Shown: one piece after another, positions 24,597 through 38,028 of the stretch
How the letters are laid out: every line of letters starts with the position of its first letter
How positions within the stretch are numbered: position 1 is the first letter of the stretch
Source of the DNA: Selaginella moellendorffii
Lineage: Eukaryota > Plantae > Lycopodiophyta
DNA: 64,000 nt
Direction: 5' to 3'
NCBI RefSeq assembly: GCF_000143415.4
Contig: NW_003314267.1
Location: 2,707,839-2,771,838, forward strand
The notes under the pieces: generated by a model
What the model saw: the letters and a program-made list of their open reading frames with translations, nothing else
Told to the model about the DNA's origin: nothing
Databases searched by the model: none
Program-made: the position numbers and the translations under genes

Positions 24597-27500
24597 TTAC
24601 ATCCATGGCTGCCATCCCACCCAGAGGCGCCCCAGGAGATTTGGATCGGTGGCTTGATCAACCAAACAATCCACCTGTTCCTCCACCGACGCGCAGATCT
24701 TCCTGTCGATCCGCCGCCTCGTGTTCTTAACTGGATCACCCAGCACCGCCGCCTCGATCGCAGGCATCCACGGCGTCCCGGCGTGAACCGAGCTCTGGAG
24801 CTCCCCGAGCGTGACATGCGCTGGGTTCCACAGGTCGAGCTTCCTCTGCGCGTTCTCGATCTTGAGCTCTACGTGCTGCTGCTCGTGGCTCTCCTCCTCG
24901 CCACCCCGGATGCTCGCGGTTCTCGCCGCCTCCTTTTTCCAGTCCACCAGCGGCTCCCTCACGAACACGTCCATGACCGCGCATATCATCTGCCGGCTCT
25001 TGTGGAGCGCGCTCAAGACCCGGACCATGTCGTTCTTGAGCAGTCCCAGCGAGTCGAGTGGCAGCAAAACGTTGGTCAGCTGCGGCGTGAGCCGGAAGGG
25101 GATGAGCTCCGGGACGGGGAGGAGGATCACTCCGGTGCCAAAGCTGTAGCCAAAGTCGATGGGAACGAGCGAGCCTGTTTGCATGTCGATCAGAGTGTTG
25201 GCCAGGTGCCTGTCGCCAACTCCGGCAATGTATCCGCAGATGCTCATCACCGAAAGGCTTCGAGCAAACTGGGAGCGCATCGCCAAGAAGGACTCGGCGC
25301 TGCTCGTCCGCTTGTACAGCCCCGTCTTGAGAGCATCCCACGGCACCTGAGCTACGAGCGCGTTCATCCTCGCCTCCATCTCCCCCGCCTTCACCTTGGT
25401 GTAGAGATTCTTGTAGCAGTCGTGGACGCTCTTGGAGCCGCCTTTCTTCTCCACCCACTGGTGGTACTGGTTCCTCAGCTCCACCAGGAGATCGCCCGCT
25501 TTCTCCTTCCGCTTTGCGGCCGCCAGCTGCTGGGCCACTCCATCCTTGATCACGTCGTCGAGAACGCAGGTGTTGTCCACGAACTGGAGCAGCCCACACT
25601 GCTGGGAGACGGGGATGACGGCGTACGTCCTCATCGAGAGCTCTCGCTTGGCACACGCGCCGTCTTCCCTGAGAACGCTGTTCATCTTCGCAAACAGCTG
25701 CTCGATGCGCTGGTCCAGCCGCAAGTCCTCGCCACCCTTGACGATGAACTTGTACTCTTTCTCGTCGGATCCCCGCATCGTCAAGATCTTTGGGCGTTGC
25801 TTGGAGCTCAAGCTGATCAGAGTCTCGTCGAATCCAACTAGTGTGATGTGCGATGAAACGTCGGGGCACTGCAAACCATCATACTGTCCAGGTATCTCGA
25901 TCAAGTCATCGCTGCTGCTGCCGCGTCCTCTTGGCTGATCGAAGTTTGCCATCCACTTTGAAAAGGAAGCCAGGCTTAACTTCCCCCCGGGCAAGTCCTT
26001 GATAGCTTTCTGCAAGCTCGTCAGGACTCCAGCGATGGCTGTCGCAAACTTCTTCTCGTCCATCTGTAGGAGCTTGCTACCGTCTTCGCCAAGAGCCTTC
26101 ACAACCGGCTTGGAGTAGTCCCTCGCAAACTTGACGTTGTATTCTCCGGCCTGTCTGGTCTCATTGCGCATGGCTTCCACGTCCAAACAGTCCGCGAAGA
26201 CTGCTCGAAATGTCTCCCGAGCTTTGGTACGATTGCCAGACATGAGGCAGCTCTTCACTTCGCAGAGACCATCAAACAGCCGCTTCTCGGGAAAGGTAAG
26301 GTCTTCGAGAGCTCTCACAAGGCCTTCAAAGAGAGGACTTTTCAGAGTGGCTGCCAGCTTCCGAGTCCTGTCCAAGCCGACAGTTCCATACTGATCTTTG
26401 CTGACGTGAAACGGGAAGAAGAGAGCCTGTGGAAAGTGTTGCGCAATGCTTTCCAGTATCCCAATGAAAAGGCCGCCTTCTCTCGAGTCCATCAAAGCCA
26501 GCAGTTGTGGCAACCATCCTAGGAAGATCCAGCTTGGAACCTTGTCAATCCGGGCCGAGAAGATTGCCTGAATCTCTTGGTGGCCAGCCATTGATATGAG
26601 CCTGGCTACTGCAAGCTGAGGCCCGACTGAAGCATCCATCGACAATGTCCGCAGCATGTTCGTCACCATAGCTTCCCGAAACACCGAAAAGCTTGTCACT
26701 CCAAACGACTGCCTGCTGTCTTGAATGCTCCTCCTGACCTCACTCTTCCACTTGGAGTCGTCTGCCGTGTTGAGAAGATCATCGCAGAAGCATGCAAACT
26801 TGAACGATGTCCTGGCCATTTCACGAGACGGTGGCACGCTGTCGGCATTGCGGAGCAACTCTGAGTACGTCTTGTAAGCAGAACCAAGGAGAGCCATGGA
26901 CTGGCTTAGAGCGTTCGTATCCAAGTCCTTGTCAATCAAAAGGTCCAGCTTCGTTCGGCCGAGCTGCGCGGAAGTGTCGCTCTCCACCAGCATAGTGACT
27001 CTGCGCCAGTCATCACAACCCGATATGCTGGGCTTACTTGCCTGCTTACGAACGTAGTCCAGCACCTGGTGCACAAAAGAAAAAACGTTTTAAAAGAAAA
27101 TTCGATAGAAAGCAAAGAACCTGTTCTAGCATTGCTGCGGTGCTCTTTGGATCCCTTTCCGACGTGCGAAGTGCTTGAAGACAACGAGGCTTGACCAGCC
27201 GTTTAAAAACGGTGGGATTGAAGCTTGTTTTCTCTGCCACGGCCACGTATTCGTCCATATATTTCTACGAAGAACATGATCAGAATTCATACTTGACAAA
27301 AATCGAAAGGTATATTAGTTCCTCACCTGTGCAACGCAGTAGGCTCCCTGTTTCATCACTCCCCTGGAAGCCTGAAGAAACCCAAAGGCACGCTCCTCGT
27401 CAAGCTGTTTGGTGAAGTTCTGCCTGGCTTGGTCAGCCTTAGCCTCTGGTGTAGTATTAAACAGGCCCTGGAGCTTCTGTAGAAACACCAGTCGGTTTTG

Positions 27501-30500
27501 AAGTATATCATCCCATGCTTCGACGTCATCTCTCTTGGTTGAGGGCCAACGCTGGCGCCATTTGCTCAATAGCCTGCCAAAACATTTTAGCAAGCAGAAA
27601 ATCACGGAATGAAATATACCTTGAAATGTTCGACCGGTCTGGTCTCGAAGAAAAATCGACAAACTCCTCCAGTTCCACAGCCCTTTGTAGGATACGAACT
27701 TGCAGTCGCCTAGCGCCAATCGCGAGAGGATGCAGAGCGGACCACCTTTTCCTGAAAGTCTTGTAACATTCGGCCAAGTAGCATCTAGCATGATCGATCT
27801 CGTCGTTGAAAACCGCAGATGCCGCGACTTGTGTGCCAAATCGTTGCAGAAGGACGTCCCTTTTGGTGGAATCCTCCAAAGACGTTTGCAGGAATTTCGT
27901 CAGCAAAGATTGATGTGTAGGAACTTTTAACGCTCCTTTCACGAAGAGTCCCAAGTACGGGTCTTGAAGCTTCGGATGCCAGAGCTTCTCCAGGTCATAC
28001 TCATCGGTCTCATCATTCTTCACTTGCAGTAAAGCGTCTTCCATGATTTCGCCCCAGCGGGTCAAGTCGACGAGGCACGCCAGTCGTTGATTGTACCACA
28101 AGTCTTCCTCGACTTTGGAAGCAGTGCCTTCTGGAGTCTCTGCATACGAAGCAAATATATATAAAAAGGAGAAACAACAACATAACGTACCGTTGATAGC
28201 CTTGTCATAAAGCACTAGAGCTCGATCAGTATCTCCTCGAACCTGGGACTCCAGCGCCTGATGGCTGATACTTTGCGTCGTGAGGCGGTTCAGGTAGAGC
28301 GATAAAACATAATCGTCCTCTCCAATCGCGTTGTAAAGACGTGCAAGTTCCAGCCATGCTTCTTCTGTAACTGCATTATCTTGAGAGGTTTGGCCCGATG
28401 GCCCTCTGTGTCTTTTTGCAGCGTTGAGGTTCGGTCTTGTCCCATGAAGAATTTGCTTTTCCAGAAGCAGAATGCCGGAATGGAAATTCTGTGAGTTGTA
28501 GCTCGCGGAACCGGCAACTTCTGGCTTTATCCAGGCGTCTCTATCTTTTAAACAGAGATCCTGGATTGTCCCGACCAATGTGCTCTCGCTGTGAGTTCGT
28601 TCTAGCGCGTTCTCAAAGCCTGTCCTGATTTCAGTCTTCACTGTCGTAACATCGTTCTGCCAGAAGGCCCCGAAAATAGTCGATAGTAAAAGTCTAGCAA
28701 AAGTTGCGTCCCGCTCAGCTAGTGACCCCATGGGGCCGATAATGTCTTCGTGTTTAATCTCAATATCAGGAAGTTCACCTGTAGACACGGAAGAACAATG
28801 AAGTAAGTTACAACACGAAGATTCAAGCACCTGTACGGTATTGCCTCATGATCTGGACCTTGTTGGCACGTTCAAAAGCTTCAGCTGACTGCAAGGCCTT
28901 GCGTTTCCTTGTTGCATTAAAAACGTTTCTCAGCGTTCCAGCGCGGGATTCCTTGACGTGGTACAAACGCCGGTTCAACCTTGTGACAGGATCAACGACC
29001 GCCACGTTTTGAGATCCGTCCGCTGCGTTTTGAGTCTGTCCAGGTTCGTCACTGCCCTCAAGTATTGTCATTGACGGGGTGTATGATGCCGTTGCTCGGA
29101 TCAATCCTCCACGACCATGGTTGACAATGGCCAGTGATGCATTAGCCTCGGCAAGCTGACTTTCTTTCATAGAGCGAAGTGATCCTGCTTCCGAGAATAG
29201 GGGAGTCATTGGCAAGCTGCCCCCCACCGCCGAGGAATCAATTTGTCGCTCCTGAAACTCACAATCGGAGAGAGGAGCATTAAAGATAGGACGTCGGTAG
29301 TCCACTGATCTCTGACACAGCTGCAAGTTTGAAAAGGTTTAGTCACAAGATCGCGAATGGCAAAATGACAAACCTTGAGCAGCAAAACGTTTGTAAACGG
29401 AGTCCAGTGGCTCTCGATATCCGGAAGGTGCATGTTGTTGAGGACGTGACTGAAACGCTCCATCATGTTTTCCGGAAGATGGGCATCCCAGAACGATTGT
29501 AGACTCTGTCGCACGCCGTCCGCCACATCACACAATCCCAGAACCAAAAATCGAGCGATCCTGCTATCGTGCGGCAGCTTCTTGGTTTCATAAAGAAACA
29601 TAAGCATCTGGTAGAACTGCAAGCGGCATTCCTCTGTTTCGTAATGCACGAATGCATCACAAGTCTCCAAAACGACCTTTTGAGTGCTATTCGGGTCGGC
29701 CTCCCCTTTCACCACCTCCGCCAAAAGTTGTAGCGACCGGAGCTGACCTTTTGGATCGCGGTGACGAAGAAGCTTTGAGAGAAAAGAGACGATCATGTTG
29801 AAGTAGCTGTTGGCTGTGGCCGGATCTCGAAGTAGGATATCCAGCGCAACTGTCTTTGAAGGACCATGCAATCGAGGCAGCAAGTCGATCAGCACATGAA
29901 TGTAAGCTCCAACATAAGGAGGGTACTTGGAAGTCAAGCGGTCCAATATGACGAGGCACTTGCTGTAGTTTCTTTCCTTGAAGGTTGACATGAAAAACTG
30001 CTTGAACTTGTTCTCGACGGCGGATAAGTCTGTATCCTCGCTTTTGTCTCTTAATACCATCCCAAGCACGTCCGCGGAAGCCGCAAACACTTCCTTCGCT
30101 TTTAGCTTTAGATTGCTCAGAAGCGTCTCATAGACATCCTCGCTTCCAACAGCGAGCCTCTCGAGTCCTTGGTTTACTGATCCTGAGGACGACACCACTG
30201 TCGCAAACAGCTGCAGCCCCACGGACTTTTGAATAGCGAGCTGCCTGTCTGAAGTGTTCGTGCTTTTGCCTCCAGCTTGAAGATACTTTAGAATCAGCCT
30301 TCCGTCAATGTTGACGCGGTCCTTCCAGAGCTGTATAAATGCTTTGATGATCTCCACATTCGCTCTTAAAACCTGGCTTGACTCGTGCGCTGCTACTGCC
30401 ATCAAGTGATCAATAAACCTCGAAGCAGTGTGCCTATCCGTCGGCTCCTTGACATCCCAATGAAGAATTGTGATTGAGATGTCACGAAGGACGTAGTGAA

Positions 30501-33500
30501 AGGAGAAACCTCCTGTAGTTGGCGGGTCGTGAAGAATGACGTTCACTAGCGGCTGGAAGAACGTGTCTGAGAACCTGGCAAAGACTTTCCTGGCCTTCAC
30601 CACCACCTTCCCCAAAAACAACCGAACGTTTGCATGAGTTGAACTGCTCTCCAGCGTTGCATGGATAGATTTCATCCACTCGGGCATCTGTTGGCTGCTT
30701 GGACTTCCAAATCTCGAATGCAAATGATCGATAAGCCTGAGGATAACTCCCATGCACGGATGCTGATCGAAATCGTCTTGATCCAGAGCCACAAACTCGA
30801 CGTGTTCCTCCGTTTGTTCGTTTGCTGCTTGCTCTACGTTTTCATCAGTCTCTGGTAAAGATGCCATACTGTTGTCCCCGACAAAGCTGCTGATCACAGT
30901 CGGTTCTTGGCTCGTGCTCATTCCAACAAGATACTGCGACGAGAGTGTCATGGAAGACGTTCCACGGCGTAGCCCGTGTCCCTTGATCATGGCTCGGATT
31001 CCCTTCACGATAGCATGGCTCTCAACCAGTGTGCTCGTTTGAACGGGAAAAGAACTGTAAACTTTGCTGCAGTCGACGAGGTGTTGCCACAGAGGATTTC
31101 CAGCGTCTTTGAACAGCAGATTGAAGATCTTCTCGTCTTTCTGCGTGCACATTACCACGGCCGCCAAGCAGGTGTATGCCGATACGTGTAGATCACGCCA
31201 AACGCTCACATTCTCTTGAAACGGATAGACTCTAGGATCGTTCTTCCCACGGGTGTCATTCGATGCAAACTTCATCAACTGCTGATAAGAGAATGTGATC
31301 CTTTCCTTGTCAACTTGAGTAAACAGCAGCTCCAGAAGTGTATAGCTGTATATCTTTGCAAGTAAAAGCTCCTGTTCCGTTTCCACGTCTGGACTCATTA
31401 CTGTCCGACCGAGAGAATCCATGAGCTCGGGTACACGAGGCGTGAACCAGCCCGTAAGCGTGTCAACCGGAGACAAGCAGATCAGAGGAACGAAGAAGTA
31501 GTCCAGCACTGCTTTTCTGAGCCTGGGAAGTTTGGTTGCATCTTTCAAAACGTCCATACAATAGCTGAACGCAGTAACTCTTTTGTCTCCAATATTCTGT
31601 GCATAAGCTCGCAGCGCTTCAGAAAGTGGTGGCGTTGTGAGGCCTGTCGGGTTCTGAAGAAGCGGAAATAGAACCTCCAGAGCGTCTAAGTTTCTCGACG
31701 ACACTATCGCACCGATCAGCAGGTCGAGAGTCCCCAGATAGTCTGTTCTCTCCATAGAACCGTCAGGAAGATCAGCTTCTCTTACCAGAAGATGGCTGGT
31801 TACAAGAGATGTCAAGCTACCGATCAGCCGGGTACGGAGGCTTGAGTCCATGGACTCCTCCAGGAAAAAAGGGACGAGCAATAGAGCACTCTTCCTCAGC
31901 ATTGCGCACTCGCTCCAAACTCCAAGTGTGGTAGCACTTAAAAACGCGAACAGCACCTCCAGAATAAATTGGAACGCCGGTTGAGAGCCACCGACAACTG
32001 AAGCTTTATCCAGCACCAAGAGCTTGTGAATAATACCCGCAATAAACTGTTTGTCCGTGACAGAGCTACCATCCAAATAGCATGGTCGCAGTTCCGTAAG
32101 GTGCAAGAGAAATTCCCCCACAAAGCTTCCTCTTGTTATCGTTTCACCTTGATACTCGTCCAGAACAGCATGAAGGATTAGCCTGGCCGTTTCATTCCTC
32201 ACGGACTCCTTCATCAGGACGGGTAGGCATTTCTTGTAGAAGAACTTCACTTGCTGGATCACCACCTTTCGAAAGCTTAAATAAAATCTACCTCCTGGAG
32301 TTACACTGTCGGTGCCACGGTCGACTGTGTCCCCGTTCTTGTCCAACACAATACGAAGAAGTTGGTCCACTACTACCCGTAATGCTACAGACAGTCGTAT
32401 AATCTCCACGTAAAGTGGCTCGGCCAACGGTGATACTGGTTCTTTGCTGATGGTGTATACTGTATGCAAGAGCCGTTCACTTAGCTGCTCCGACCTCTCC
32501 TTCCCCAGCGTGGGAACCAAGGCTCCCACAGTATGCAAATGCTGATACGCTTTTACGAGGTTCATACTTTGAGAGAGTCTGCCTTCCGTGATCTGATGAA
32601 GTTCAAGCGTTGAGATATCAAACTCCGAGAACGTGTTGAGCATCTCCCGAAGAACTTGTACTAAACCATCCTTGAAGCCAGGCGATATACGTGTCAATGA
32701 CCAAAGAACGCTCGAAACAAGCATGCGAAGCTCTTCTGCACCCGATGACTCTGGTGTGAAAGTCGTCATTTCTGATGGCTTAAATAGCAAAAGGCATAAT
32801 AGGTGCTGTAGCTTGTCATAATGAAGCGGCAGGATCTCAGCTAGAAGCTTCTCTTTGTCATCACGAGAAGGTGTTTCAACTGATGAAGGCTCGCTCGCCC
32901 CTGTTCCCATCTGTATAATGTCCTTGAAAAGAGCCATCAGATGCAGAATTGCACTATCATTTTCCTTCAGAGGAATGCACCTTGCAGGGAGCTTTTCTAC
33001 AAACTGGTTGATCCGAGAAAATATCTGCGTTCTGAGCGGTTCAATCTCCTCCAAACCTATCATTTGAGCTCCTAGGTACCAGTGTAGAGAATGTAAAGCT
33101 GTCGAAAGCTCAGGCATTGACTTTGCAGTGAATATATTCGAAGGCAGTTTCTCGAATAAACCTGCTAACATATGAAGGCGCTGGGTGCCAGTGAACCTCT
33201 CGCGAAACCAGTGCACGCACGATCCTCCTGCAAAGCCATTAAAGATGTCTCAGCAAAACACTCACAACAAATGTTACATACCCGGCAAGGCAGAACAGAC
33301 CGCAGATAACAAGGCCATACATTTCGTGCGACACCTCTCGTGACTAAGTTTTGTTTGCTCGAACAGCCACGTCATGAAGTCTTCCAAGGTACAGAATAGC
33401 ACTCTGTCCTTCTTATTCTTCTGAAGCAAACTAATATTTCGCACAATAAGCTTCTCAATGCCATCCAGAGCTTTATATGCTTGCTTTATTGTTCCTGTCA

Positions 33501-36500
33501 CAAAAAGCAAAGTAAACTAGGCTTTCTCTTATTTTTCCCTTACCAATCTGCTCAGCATCCGTATCACCCACGCGTAAAGATTTCAGGAGGAAAAATGCAA
33601 GCTCAAAAATATAGCGGTCCACAATGGATGAGTTCTGCCGCAGGATAGGATAAATTTGATAGGCAGCCATAGATGCACCAAGTCGATGGTAAGGACTTGG
33701 ATGGTCCATGCGATTGTACAGGCGACGTAGCATAGACGTCACATTCACAAAGTTACTAGCCTGAAACAAACGAAACACAATCATGTCTCAAACTGCTAAA
33801 AACTGTCAAACCTCTGGAGGAGCATGCCGAATTGACCAACGCAAGAACTCGCTAAAACATCGAGAGCATAATTCTCTGCAAGGAGGACAATATGAATTAA
33901 AAGAAAAAGCAAAACACTTATTGACACACCTCAAGGAACCGTTTTCAGCGTCGACAAGTCCTTCAAGTATAGCGTCTAAGAGGGCCATAGTTTCCGGATT
34001 TTCCTTTTGAGTATTGCTTGTCATCCAATGAATCAACTGCATAGCGAACTCACTGAAAAGTTGTTGCGTAACCTGGAACGATATCGTGATTAAATTTCGA
34101 ACTATACAAGCTAGAGAGTTATTACCGGTTCAACATCTGTCGCAAGCCAAAGGACAGAAGGAAAAAGCTTTCTATAAAGTTGCACATAGTTTCCCTGAAC
34201 AAGAAACTCGATAAGGAAAGAGACGATTTACTATGTTCGCTTACCAGATTTGTCTCGTCATTTCTGGTTCGTAATGGGCCTTTTGCAGCATTTCCCAGCA
34301 TAAGCAAACACATTGCATGCAGCAACTCAGACGAGAGTACTTTAATTTTCCGGTCGCTGGAAGATTTGGCCAATTCCACAATCCTGGGAAGCAAACAGTC
34401 TACGAGCACAATTAATGACATACCCAGTAATTTTTATTCTTACCAAGCCAAATGTCCAGCTTCTCATCTCTTAAAGGTACTGTAAACTTAATACGATCCA
34501 CCACGTCCCAGGACAATCCTCCCGTCCCGCTAGATTGCAAAAGATTCGCGTCAGGAACAAGAAAATGACCATATGCCCCTATTTGACCAATAAAACGTTG
34601 AACGCGAACTTGAATATCTTCGAATGTAACAACCTACAAAAAAAATTAAATCTCGACTATGCAAAGAAGCAAGTACCTTTGTTTTCTCTTTTTCTAAAAG
34701 CTTCAGTGTTTTAGAATCCATGGTCTTCTTTCTGGAGTCCGCTACTTCAAACAAATAGTCTCGTAGACAGGGGACTATGTCCTGTAACTGCTTTTGTAGT
34801 TCTTTTGGATGCAAGTTATACCACCGCTGGAGAGAATCCAGTGCAATATTTGCCAAAGGATGATATGTGGCTGGAAGTTAAGGACAAAAGACTGATCGAA
34901 AGAAAATTCTCAAAAAGGATATCTGAGTCCAATTTTTAATGCCAGCTTCAAGGGCCTTACTATTGATGCCAGATCTAGAAGGGTCGGAGGGCACGAGAGA
35001 CATAGATGAAGACAAGAACCAAGAAGCTCGAGTTTATAGCGCCTGCTAGTGATTAGGACCTCGTGTAAGAATTCTTGGATCATTACATGAGAAGACTGCA
35101 CAGAAAATAACCTGAGAATAAAGCCCAGAACAGAGATTTAGCGGTACCTGGTCTTTCTCGAAGTAGCCTTTCTGATCACCAATACTAATCACAGCAGCCA
35201 AAAGCTTGTAGAATCCGCTTATAAGAGGATATTTCCTTGAGAGATCGATCAAACATCGACAGAACGGAAAAATCCACTTTTCCATCAAAGACGCATGGTC
35301 ACTATAAGAAAAAGATAAAACGCCAGGAACTCAGAGGAAGTAAGTAAATACCTTGCGAACAGACGAAGAACAAAATCCACCTACAAAGAAATAAGAAACA
35401 AGAGTCAGCGGGACAAAAAAACCTCCCAGGTAGTTCAATACCAAGTTCAGATATTTCAGCATCTGATTTTTGTCCAACGGTTCTATAGGAGCTTCAGCTT
35501 CCGGCTCTTGTCCTGTTACTTAATAAGTTTTGAGGAAATGCCGGGCAACCATGCGTACCTGAAAATTCCGAGCTATTTGCCTTGTTCAGGTCTTTGACCC
35601 TATACTTTAAGTTGAGCTCCATCATCAGCTTCATAATACTACGGATTAACGAGTCGAAAATTGTAGTTTTAAGATCGGAAACATTCACGCTTAACACCGC
35701 GAGATCGACGCCCACAATGCCATCATCATCTTGTAAGTTTTCCGTATGTGATGGCTCGGAAATGTTCGTCAGGATCTGGCACCAAAGGTCACAATAGCTC
35801 TTCCACAAGAAATCTGACGCCGGATCCGTATCTGTTGCACGATCAAGAGAAGACCATACTGCAAGGATAAAAACACAAGTCGATTCACGTCAGCTTTTAC
35901 ACAGCGTACTCACCAACATTCATCAGGAACATGACAAAAAGATTCCCCTTCGGATACAAAGCCTTTAAAAGACTGCTGATGGTGCTATGAATTGCCACCC
36001 GTTGCTTAGGAAATAAGGAAGGGTACTGGAAAAATATACGACCAGTAACCTGCACAAAACAAGAAGAAAAGAAACCATAAAGAATGACCATATTACCAAA
36101 ACAAACCCACCTCGGTAATCAATGAAACCATGAAATCTTCCACCCGGTCAATATATACAACGATATTCGCAAATGCACCTACTACGGTCACCGCGTATCC
36201 TAATTCTTCATGACTATCACCACCTCTGCATAAAGATAGATGACATTAGACAAACATAAAAGAGATAGACAATGCATAAACCTGGAGAAACTTCCAACAA
36301 AAGGGACTAGTCTTTGAAAGGCTTTCTCAAGATCAGATTTCCCAGAATATTTTACGATAGGTCCTGCAAGCTTTCCGATGCCCCGAATAGCCAGCGCTAC
36401 AAGCTTCGGGTTATCTTGCCTGAACTCAAGTGTGTCAAGCATGTGCTTCATTAATGCCTGCAGGAAAAGCTCATCAAAGCCGTGATCGGAAACGCAAGTT

Positions 36501-37869
36501 ACGAGTAACCTTGTAGGTTCGGTCCGGATCTTCTATTCGGCGATCATCAGATATCAAGCAGCTCGAGATCTGCAAAGCAAAAGCGTCGTCATTGATAGGA
36601 AAAGGGAGCAAAATCAAGACCTGTGATACAAACTGGTCGTATGCAGGTAAGGCTGCCGATCTTAAACTAGCATTGCCATGTAGGCTAGTAGAAACGAAAA
36701 TGTTAACAAAGAAAGAAAGAGAATGCAACATACCAATATATTTGCAGCCACTTCAATAAATCTCCACTGTTCTTGAAAAGCGCAAGTCGAAAACGCCATG
36801 CATGTCTTGCGAGAAGCCGTAATCCAGCTGCAAAATGCCATGGCTACCACAGCACCTAGTAATGACCAAGTTACCTCGAATCATTTCGTATCGTTTCATG
36901 TCTTCCCTGTAGTAGAGAACTTGCTCCAGATAAGCATACGCTCTCTTCGAATTCTCAATAGTTCCTAGAAAGGAAGTCAGAGACAAGAACGTATTGTAAT
37001 GCTCGACAGAATTAAGTCGCGTACCACCAGCCGGCACTGTGTCATCGAACCACTGAAGCAACGAATCAAGGCACTTGACGGCACCCGCAATGAGCACGAA
37101 GGTGACATCTTTCCCGGACTGCTTAAGCTGTTCTTCCAGGGTATTTAAACAAAGGCGGAGAACAGCGCTCACATTGCCATCATCATAAAGAGATGGAAAG
37201 AGCTCGATTGAGTAGCCAAGTGTGATGAGTATATTTGCTCTCACTGCAAAGATCACCAATCAAGACGAGTGAGCAAAAGCAAACAAGGTGTAAGTGTTCC
37301 CACTTACAAGAACCAGAAGTTTTAGCTTTCCGGAACTCCGCAAGCAGCATTTCAGCAACTTTCCAGTCCATCAATCCGTCGCTCGTAGCGTTGCCAGCCC
37401 GAAGAACCCCGATCTCAAGCAAGGAAATGATCGGAGCCAGCGCAGCTGCTTGCACCGATCGCGTCTCGTCAATGCGAAGTATTCTCAGCGCATTCTCCTG
37501 GAAGACAAAAACACAAGATGAGAGTGGCCTGCATTCCAAAAGTCGTACCTTGATCAAGGAACAATACAAGGAGGCTCGCTCCGGGCCGACATTTCGCACA
37601 AATTCCCCCAGAAACACCAGGCACTTCTCCCGCGCCTTGTGGACGCTCCTCTCCCGAGAGATCCTGAGCCTGTCGACGACGCAGAAAATCCCTGTATCCC
37701 TGTCGAAGACGGCGGAGGCGGCGAAGGCGAAATCCTCATCGGACACCAGCTGACTGCAAAAGCCCGATAGATCGTCGACGATCACGCCTAAATCCGTCTC
37801 GGATCCCTTGAGAGCTTCCTCTGCCTCGCTGTTGAGTGCCGCCAAGTACTGCGAGACCTTGGAATCCAT
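24597..37869 (-). CDS. PRKDC: DNA-dependent protein kinase catalytic subunit (PIKK family, multi-exon)
   Basis: Kinase motifs KGGEDLRLDQRIEQLF, GVGDRH and IDFGYSFG; FATC end LGRLWVGWQPWM; DNA-PKcs-type segments RQYRTGELPDIEI, MQLIHWMT and HPSPYHRLGA. Confidence 0.96.
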
Positions 37870-37995
37870 TGGCTTGTCGCCAAAGCCCCCAAGAACCCTA
37901 AAACCGGATGACCTGGAAGTGCCGACGTGGAACTGGTGACGTGGCGGACCATCGCAATCCAGTGAAAGCTTTTATACATGGCTCCCTCGCTCTTT

Positions 37996-38004
37996 AAACC
38001 CTAA
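37996..38004 (+). promoter_or_regulatory. Telo-box (AAACCCTAA) in the PRKDC/KASII divergent promoter
   Basis: Exact motif between the two start codons. Similar motifs sit next to several other starts (e.g. ~50900, ~62003). Confidence 0.5.
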
Positions 38005-38028
38005 ACCCGCAGCGAAGGGGGCGTTGCG

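Noticed and set aside
24579-25841. 420-aa plus-strand ORF opposite the DNA-PKcs kinase exon
   Set aside because: Antisense shadow of GC-rich coding sequence; no recognisable motifs.
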